Shown here: piece after piece, positions 55,632 to 64,000 of the stretch | Numbering within the stretch: the stretch's first letter is position 1 | Layout of the letters: every line of letters starts with the position of its first letter | Assembly (NCBI GenBank): GCA_964016885.1 | Contig: OZ024743.1 | Span: 273,048,001-273,112,000 of the forward strand | DNA: 64,000 nt | From: Eledone cirrhosa | Taxonomy: Eukaryota | Direction of reading: 5' to 3' | Position numbers and translations under genes: made by a program | The notes under the pieces: generated by a model | Told to the model about the DNA's origin: nothing | Database searches by the model: none | The model's input: the letters and a program-made list of their open reading frames with translations, nothing else

Positions 55632-56088
55632 AAATTAATAAAATAATGAATAAACAAAGAAACAGTTCCTTATATTGAAACAATTCATCATTTTACGATC
55701 GTTTCTAGGATATATATGTGTTAGAGTTGGTATGCATATTCTATAGATCTATGTACAATATTTATTGAAGACAGCATATATATGTGTAGGTATGTATATT
55801 CCCTCTGATAGTTTGTATAAATATTGTACATAGATCTATAGAATATGCATACCAACTCTAACACATATATATCCTAGAAACGATCGTAAAATGATGAATT
55901 TTTTAATATAAGGAACTGTTTCTTTGCTTATTCATTATTTTATTAATTTATCTTGACTCTGTTTTCCGTTTATTTTTCACCGAAAGTAGTTTTTGAATGA
56001 ATCTTCTCTTTTCATGATATCCGGATTACATTGAGTTCTTCATACGGATTGGACACTACCGTAAACTTTTGGTAGATTTATCTACATA
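55632..56088 (+). mobile_element. Family B element: inverted arm (55632-55765) + main copy (55817-56088) between (TA)n tracts
   Basis: ~135-bp reverse-complementary arms; conserved blocks shared with 24826-25345. Confidence 0.8.
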
Positions 56089-56197
56089 CTATATATATAT
56101 ATATATATATATACGTTATTCCGGGTTGAATCGGAGGTAACCACAGTAAGTAAGGTACTCAATACATAGCAGAGTATAACAGTTTTAATATAGATGA

Positions 56198-56246
56198 GAT
56201 TCTACAGGACTAGAACTGTTTCATTCATTAGAAATCATCAGGAATC
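56198..56246 (-). ncRNA. Hammerhead-like motif in a pLTR-like remnant (56115-56660)
   Basis: GATTC CTGATGA T TTC TAAT GAA T GAAAC AGTTCTA GTC; stem I register imperfect. Confidence 0.5.
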
Positions 56247-56655
56247 TGGGTATCAAAAAATAAATATGGTATTTATAGGTCTCTACAAGTGGTAGGAGAG
56301 GGTGGGGAGTTGGATGGGTGCAGGTCATTGGTTGATAGAAAAGGGAATTGATTAAAAGCTAATTCTACAAAGCTATAGTTAATTTTTATTTTTATTTATA
56401 TTTATTTATGTTTTTAGAGTAACAAAGGCAGACAAAATTCTATAAACAGGTTCCGGATGGCATACCATTCCTTGTCAATAAGTTTCTCTTAAGCTAACAG
56501 ATGTCTATAAAATCAGTGGGGGGTCAGTCAAGCTCGATAGAATTAAAGAAGAGGGAGATTCTTTAAAAGCTAAAGTCATTAAGGTTCTACTAAGTGACAA
56601 AGGTCTAGGGAATTCTACAGACAGATTCAAAATACTGAGTGCATATCTTGCATAT

Positions 56656-56689
<34 letters not shown>

Positions 56690-56718
56690 AAAATTAGAAT
56701 TGGTGCTCTGAAATAGCG

Positions 56719-56966
56719 ATATATATATGAATGTTTTATATAGTGTATTTTGCAATACACTGTATGTTTAATCAAAAGCATTTCGAAGACCTTTCGCTAT
56801 TGTTTTAGAGTAGTGACAGTCTCACTTACTTTAAATTTTCAGCTAACTGTTTGCTGAAAATTTAAAGTAGGTGAGACTGTCACTACTCTAAAACATTAGC
56901 GTAAGGTCTTCGAAATGCTTTTGATTAAGCATACAGTGTATTGCAAAATACACTATATATACATTC

Positions 56967-56975
<9 letters not shown>
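56719..56975. repeat. Near-perfect palindrome with ~125-bp arms and a ~9-nt loop, bounded by (TA)n
   Basis: ...AGTGACAGTCTCAC.TACTTTAAATTTTCAGC / GCTGAAAATTTAAAGTA.GTGAGACTGTCACT... Confidence 0.92.
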
Positions 56976-56997
<22 letters not shown>

Positions 56998-57222
56998 TTT
57001 ATTTAGAGGAGTATGTGTGTATGTTTGTGCATGTACGTGTAAAGGAATGTGGTTATTTGTCAGAATTATTCGGATGTCGGATGAAATGATTTGCGATATT
57101 CGTTTTGGCTTTTTGCGAACTTTGTTCAAAGCTCGCCGAGATCAACTTTATCATACTCGTTTCCGTAGTCGTTGAAAATGTACCACTCCACTACTGTGGG
57201 TATATCCATCCTCAATAACATT

Positions 57223-57304
<82 letters not shown>

Positions 57305-57332
57305 TCTCATCCTCCAATGTCTTTCGGGTCAT

Positions 57333-57372
<40 letters not shown>

Positions 57373-59744
57373 CTATATAAGTGAGAGTGACAATCTATGT
57401 TACATTCTGAGAGAGCGTATTTTATTTTTGTTGCTCTTGGTTTTTCGGAAATATTTGGACATTAATTTATTGTTAACCTGTTGAGAGTTTGAATATATAT
57501 AATACATTATCAAGTATATGATAAATAGTTAACTTCTAAAGATTGTAAAACACCAGAAAATATATCGTATATCACTCAGGATTGTTTCTCTAGTTCGAAG
57601 CCCACCAGCATTCTCGTTTCCAGGGAACACTGATCTATAGATAGACTTCAGACCTTTTGAAACCAGAATGGTGGCTTTATATTTGCCTCTCGGAACATGT
57701 GTGAAATTCCTAAGTGTCAGTCATTTCGATCTCTTACCCTAATATGTAAAAAAAAGAAATATATATATATTGGAGGAATTTGTATTTTACTTGAAGCATT
57801 ATACAGGGCATAAAGAATTCGAAGTTTGAAAGTCATGACACTGTGAAATGGATGGATAAACAAGTCGGATGGAACAAGATGTATATGTTATGTATATTTT
57901 ACCTTAATTTATTTATATGTACTGATATTTCGGAATTAAAAAATATGTTTAGCAAACTTATGCACAAGATGATTTACCATAGGTCTCTCTTGTTTACTAA
58001 AGTCCTAAGTATTTAATTCGAACCTTAACTGAGAGTTGAACTACTACAGAAACATTTGCTGATAGTTAATTAATCATAAATAGAATATTTTGCAATTCTA
58101 CATATTCTGAAACAAAATCCTCAGGTGAATTTTGTATAAAGATAGTATAATTTAAACACGGTGTATCCAACAAGTCTCGTGATGATATGTGATGTTATTT
58201 TGTATTAACTGTTCAAGAATAAGGTAATGGTAGAATGGAGTAGCTCTATAGAAAGCTGATTGTATCGAAGAATTGATTAGGAAGAGTGAACAAGTGGATA
58301 GGAAAAGGTCGAGCAGAAGAAGTAAAATAAATGAAGGAAAAATAAGAGAGAAGAAGGAAGTGATGATAGTAGCGAAAAAGGAATGTGGGAGAAAATCATA
58401 AAGTAAAGAAGAAAGGGTATCTCGTGATTGTAACGTGAAAGACGTTGGACAGCGGTGAAAAAGGAGGATTTTATAAGATTATTTGAATAAAATTTACTGT
58501 TAATACTGCAGTTATTGCTAGTTTATAATTTTGTTTATTATCGCAAACATAGTGTTTATTAATCTTCAGTTAATCTTTTCCTTGAACTCTTTTTGTCTTA
58601 ATTATGGGATAAGTCTTATTCTCGTATGCAATATATTGTATGGATTTCTTTGCAGAGTGATCAATGTGGTTTTAAAAAAAATCTTATAGAAATATCCAAA
58701 TTATATTTAGGGTCCTATACATAATTTCCAGGGTAATGAAATAAATACATACAACTGAATATTTTATACAAAGTTAATAGTTCGCTTCAGTCATTGATCA
58801 ATCTTTCCATCTACTTAACTACTTGAAATTAGCTTACAGTTGCATTTCTAGAAGAGATGACAAATTCCAAATAAATACTTCAGACATCAAGTAAGTTAAT
58901 TATTTCTGGTCTTATAGCGAGTGTGCTGGAATTCGGTAGTGATGTTAGATTACTTGATGCTGGTGACGTTTCATTAATAATTCAACAAGAGCAGTTTATA
59001 CATTAATTTATGTAAGATATTTAAAGATTGTTACAGGCCACCCAGATGAATGTATTGCAATGAGAAGCACACTGATGAAATGTTTTAATAATGAATACAA
59101 GAAATAATTTTTCTAAGAGTAAATATTTATGAATAAATAGGACTAGTAGAAAATTCCAAAGCTCTGACACTACTTAATATGCACATATGAAATGATAGAA
59201 CGCCAAGATATTTGCATATATATTCAAAAAGAGGAAGACTTGAACATACTCTGGTTCCTGGGTGAAGATCTACGTTTTGTAAAACAGATTTCGAGAACTT
59301 ATTTGTAAATCCTGCTCATGAGAAATATCATTGGGAGCATTAGTATATGTAAGGTAGAGGTCTCAGAGTTGAGAAGGTCCAAAATGGGGCATTGAGGCCT
59401 AAAGGGGTCGTGGGTGCGGTAGAGATTATAAAATATAATTAATATCAAATGATACATATACATAGATATAGTAAAAAAAAACATAACATTTATATATACA
59501 TATTATATATCATATTATTCATTACATATAAATTAATGATTTTATTTATTATTTATTATTTAAATTTTGCGTATAGGCACGTTGGTCTGGAAATAGTGAT
59601 AGGGGCGCTGAGGTAATTACGTGCTCGTGGCGGTGTTGGTGGCCTAAAAGAATTGAGAACCTATGATATAACGGCCTTAAAGGGATTTTTGTTTTTTGTT
59701 GTTAATGCATGTAGAGCCTGTACGAAGATTCTGTTGTTGCTGTT

Positions 59745-59952
59745 GTTATTATATAGGTAGAGCGTCGGATGTCATGCTTTGCAACATGGAGTTACAACCC
59801 TTTATGATTTGGGTTCAAATCTCGTCGAGGATAACTTTGCCTTTCATCGCTACGGGGTCGTTAAAATAAAGTACCAATCACGCACTGGGGTTGTTTAATC
59901 GATTTTCCCCTCCCCCAAAATTGCTGGCCTTGTGCCTATATAAGAACCCATT
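59745..59952 (+). mobile_element. tRNA-derived SINE (family 1, longer tail variant)
   Basis: GGGTTCAAATCT B-box, core, and CCCCTCCCCCAAAATTGCTGGCCTTGTGCC tail. Confidence 0.85.
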
Positions 59953-61649
59953 ATTTAGTCTCAGATCAATCCCTATTTATCAATTTGCTTAATATTCGGG
60001 TTGGGCTGGACATAAAATATGACGACACTTGTCTACATAGATGAACAAATTCACACCCACACACCTCTTTAAAATACTCGAGGCACACATTAAGACAGTT
60101 TGAGAGGGAAATATATATGAAATGATCAGATAAATTAAGATATTACACGCTCTCGAAATTACAAAAATTGAAAGCAATATAAATCTGATACTGCTTTTAA
60201 TATATTTTCGACAACACATTACATTACGGATCTTCAGATAAAGATAGATATAACGCCTTTCTTATATGGAAGAGGGATTTGATAAATTTGACCGAAAATA
60301 CTCTCACACACGAACGCGTATATAAATACATATACGCTGTACACACACACATACAGACACACACATGTATATATGTACATGTATGAATGTATTTGTATAT
60401 ATATATATCACCTTGATCACCTTGACCGACCAGTCTGTCGGGCGCAATTCGGCGCCGCTGGTCACAGCACGTGCTCTTTTAGTCATACGATGACGCAATC
60501 CCACTGGCTGGGCGGGTAGGCCTATAAATATAAATATACATGTATAAATATACATGTATAAATATACATGTATAAATATATGTGTATATATATATATATA
60601 TGTATGCGTGTGTGTGTTTCTGTGTATGTGAGTATGTATGTATATATGTATATGTGCAAAAGGCAAACAGAAATAACAAAGCAAACGACAGACTACACTG
60701 AAGAAATATGTTAGTTTTACGCTTGATATAGTAGGAAAAGTGTCTTAACATTTCGGGCATAAGACCATCACCAGAAAATAGAATGAGAAATTAAAAAAGA
60801 AAAAGAAAAGTAAGGTAAAGAGAACAATGGCAGAAAGGAAAAACATTTTTTGGGGAAAATCAGGTCTATTCAGTTAGACATCTAAAAGAAATCAGTTGGA
60901 AGTGCTTTAATAGGCGGTGATCGGAGGTATCTTTTCTTGAAAGGAAGGAAAATTGTTTTGTATATATAGAGTATATGTGTGTATGTGTGTATGTGTGTGT
61001 GTGTAGGGGGGGGGGGGTACTGTTTTGTGTTTGTGTACGAAGCTAAGAGGACATGTGTGTGTATATAAAAACCACGGGAGAGTGAGTGTTTGTTTGTGTT
61101 TGTGTGCGTGTTTGTGTATTTGATTTTTGTACGAAACTGTGAAGATATATATTTGTATAAGTTTAAGAGGGTGTGTCTATGAGTGTGTCTGTGTGTGAGT
61201 GTGTGTGTATGTGTGTGTTTGTGTGTCAGTTATTAGTCCGTGGCAGTGAGTGTTAGTGTAGAGGTATGTGTTTGTCGTTAGTTTGTACAAAGTTGTTGGC
61301 GCGCGTGAGTGAAAGCGGACTTGTTAGAGGTGACAGTGGCTATAATATATATACATATATATATTATAGCCACTGTATACCTTTACATATATACACATTT
61401 ATACCTGTTTATGCACATGTGTTTGCTTGTACGTGACATTTAAACGTTTCAGGCCGCAATAATGTTCAACGGGACAATGTTTATAACACATTTACATCAT
61501 TGGAATTTTCATTTAGTCATTAAGCTCACATATTCTTTGAATAATCTACAAATATAATTGAGGGCATATTTCATGATTTACACATGTTTCCTTCACACTC
61601 TCCCTCCTCCACATTTCTGCTTTAGATTCTAATCACAAGGTTATTGTGG

Positions 61650-62100
61650 ATATGATGAAAACAATTAGTTTTTTAATGGATTCCCGAAGAATGATTCCAT
61701 GAATGCCGTATGAATTTAACTTCAGAGCCATCATAATTTCTGGCGTGTTCTTCTCTTACGGAAGAGATGTTTTCAAAATATCAATTTTACACTGAGTTTC
61801 AACAGATTTGCCATTCCAGGGCTAGAAAACGAATTGACCCATTTCAGACAAATGTCCTTTGTTGGTAAGGCAGCCAACAAAGTTTAGAATTATATAACGA
61901 CTACAGCTTACACTTTTTGTGTAAGCTTGCCCGTCGCATCATTTGATACGATATTCTGTTCATACGATCTTTTGTAAGGAAGAACATTTTTTGGACCTAC
62001 GATACGAAGCATAACGTCAATTAGCTTGCCAACAAATAATAAAACAGATTCTATAAGAAGATTCATGGAAGGTATTTTTAACATGAGGCATTGTATGCAT
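61650..62100 (-). pseudogene. Decayed CR1/L2-like reverse transcriptase fragment
   Basis: Minus-strand NGKSV....ID...LKLNSYGIHGIILR. Confidence 0.45.
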
Positions 62101-63476
62101 ATTATTGTCCTGTAGATTGATTTCATATCACTCATCTTGGAAACATCTTTCTATTGCCAATGTATTTAATCTCTTTCGATAAGTTTTGTCTTTTCAAAGA
62201 TGCTCATTTTTGTCAGGTTTAAAGAAGATCAGAAAATTGAAATTTGCTTTCATTCTATGTACAAAAATAACCAACACGAAGAAAAGAAAGAAAATTATAC
62301 ACGTTTTCTGGAAGGTAACAAAATGTCAGAATTTGCCATTTCGTAGATATAAAGGAAAGCTCACAACCCCAATACACACCCAAAAGTAATAAAAGCATTG
62401 ACATATAGGATACTGAGTAAAGAGATAATGTGATTGTACTGACAAGAAGAAATGTTAAAATCCAAACGTTAAAAATTTATAAGAGATTTTCCTGGGAACG
62501 ATTCAGATTGTTTTATTGAAATATTATGATCTGATAGAAAGTATTGGAGAAGCCAAAGTAACAATGAAATCTGCTTACAGGACACTACACAAAGGAAAGC
62601 ATTATCAATACAGCAATAATGCTTTAAATCAATGCGTGTTCTTAGTTTCCTTTCTGAAATATATTTATCATGGAAATATATTTTTTTCAAAAGAGAAAAA
62701 AGGAAGAGAGATTCGTGTGTAGGTATTCGTATTTCGGCGTCATATATTTGCATTCTATTTACGTAAAAGGAGGAGATTTGTCTGAAGCATTAAAGCTTTA
62801 GATTTTACTGGAGGGAGTCGATGATGCAATAAAGTAAGTACCAAAGTACATCGTGGATAGATCATATTATGTAGAATTATCTCTCTGCAATATATATAGC
62901 GTTAACCTAATATATCCCTTCCATATACTGTAGCGATTGTGTTGTTATTTCTGTTTACCTTTTACATATATATATATAGATATATAGATATAATGTCTAT
63001 ATGTGTGAGTATGGGTGTGTTTGTGCCTACCTATTTGTAATATAGTTGAACTGATTAAATAGTTTTGTTAATCAGATATCTATTTGTTATAATTACCATG
63101 AGTAACAGAGACATTGGGAAAGACATTGGGCTCAATACATAGAAATACATTAGAAATATATATTATTTACTAGGCTTACAATTTAATCCAACCAGTTAAC
63201 TGTATGTTTTAACGCCTATGTTAAATCAACCTAATTTTGTTAAAATGTGACTCCAAGAAGTAGCTCCATAATTATGATTAATTATGATATAGTATAACAT
63301 TTTACTTATATTCAATTATAATACGCATTTTTATATCACAATGAGTAAATAAATATGTAGCGTAAATACCTATCTATATTATATATATTTGTTAGCGTTT
63401 TAATCGCTTCTGGCCGATACGGCAACTTCGATTAAGAAGTAATCGAAAATAATCTGAGCACACCCATATATGTATG

Positions 63477-63587
<111 letters not shown>

Positions 63588-64000
63588 ATGTGTATGTGTG
63601 TGTGGGTGTGTGTGTGTGTATCTATGTAATACTCTTGAGGTAAGGTTTTATGTTGTTATTTCATTTTTCAAATACTTTTTCATAATCGATAACAATTTAG
63701 TTTCATAGTTACCTTCAGATAACGCCTTATTCCCACATGTGGTGAATCTTAAAATATTAATTGACGTCTGAGTTATTTTACTAAACTTATTTCAATTAGG
63801 CTAGCTGCTTCAAAGTATCATATGTCATTAACCTTTGAATTAATGATGTGTTATCATTGAGCCAGCAGTATACTAAATGTGTCTGGCAAACTAGTGGTGC
63901 ATTCACTTACTTAAAAGCATATATTTTAAAGTCTTTTCAATGCATTTCGAAATTTTAATTCCCTAGTTCCCACGCAACAGATGTATACCTTCAGTTTCTT

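Noticed and set aside
56719-56975. Palindromes as sequencing or assembly chimeras
   Set aside because: The arms differ by scattered substitutions and indels at varying levels, consistent with real aged duplications; read-level confirmation is still advisable.
59365-59665. Possible hAT-type MITE ending TTGAGAACCTATG
   Set aside because: A matching left terminal repeat and an 8-bp TSD could not be identified.

Overview
AT-rich, microsatellite-dense eukaryotic DNA, most likely a large intron or intergenic region of a cephalopod (octopus-like) genome. The species guess is an inference from the dominant tRNA-derived SINE and the repeat landscape. No intact host gene is visible; there is only one candidate 54-nt exon (10075-10128). 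Nearly all ORFs in the track are microsatellite artefacts. Recognisable elements are: about 15 copies of a tRNA-derived SINE, a 5'-truncated Penelope-like element (RT + GIY-YIG, 11.8-15.1 kb) plus other decayed Penelope-like pieces, two tandem R4/Dong-like RLE retrotransposons in (TAA)n, fragments of other RLE, CRE, RTE and CR1-like LINEs, and a non-autonomous Helitron. The most striking unexplained structure is a set of non-coding, hammerhead-ribozyme-bearing repeats sitting in (TA)n tracts with fold-back inverted arms. One is a ~445-nt, circularly permuted, retrozyme-like monomer (copies at 26.2-27.7, 33.1-33.4 and 44.4-45.6 kb). It occurs both empty and carrying, at the identical site with a 14-bp target duplication, a ~604-nt RTE-LINE-derived cassette that may start with an HDV-like ribozyme. 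All motif calls were made by eye; no folding, alignment or database search was run.
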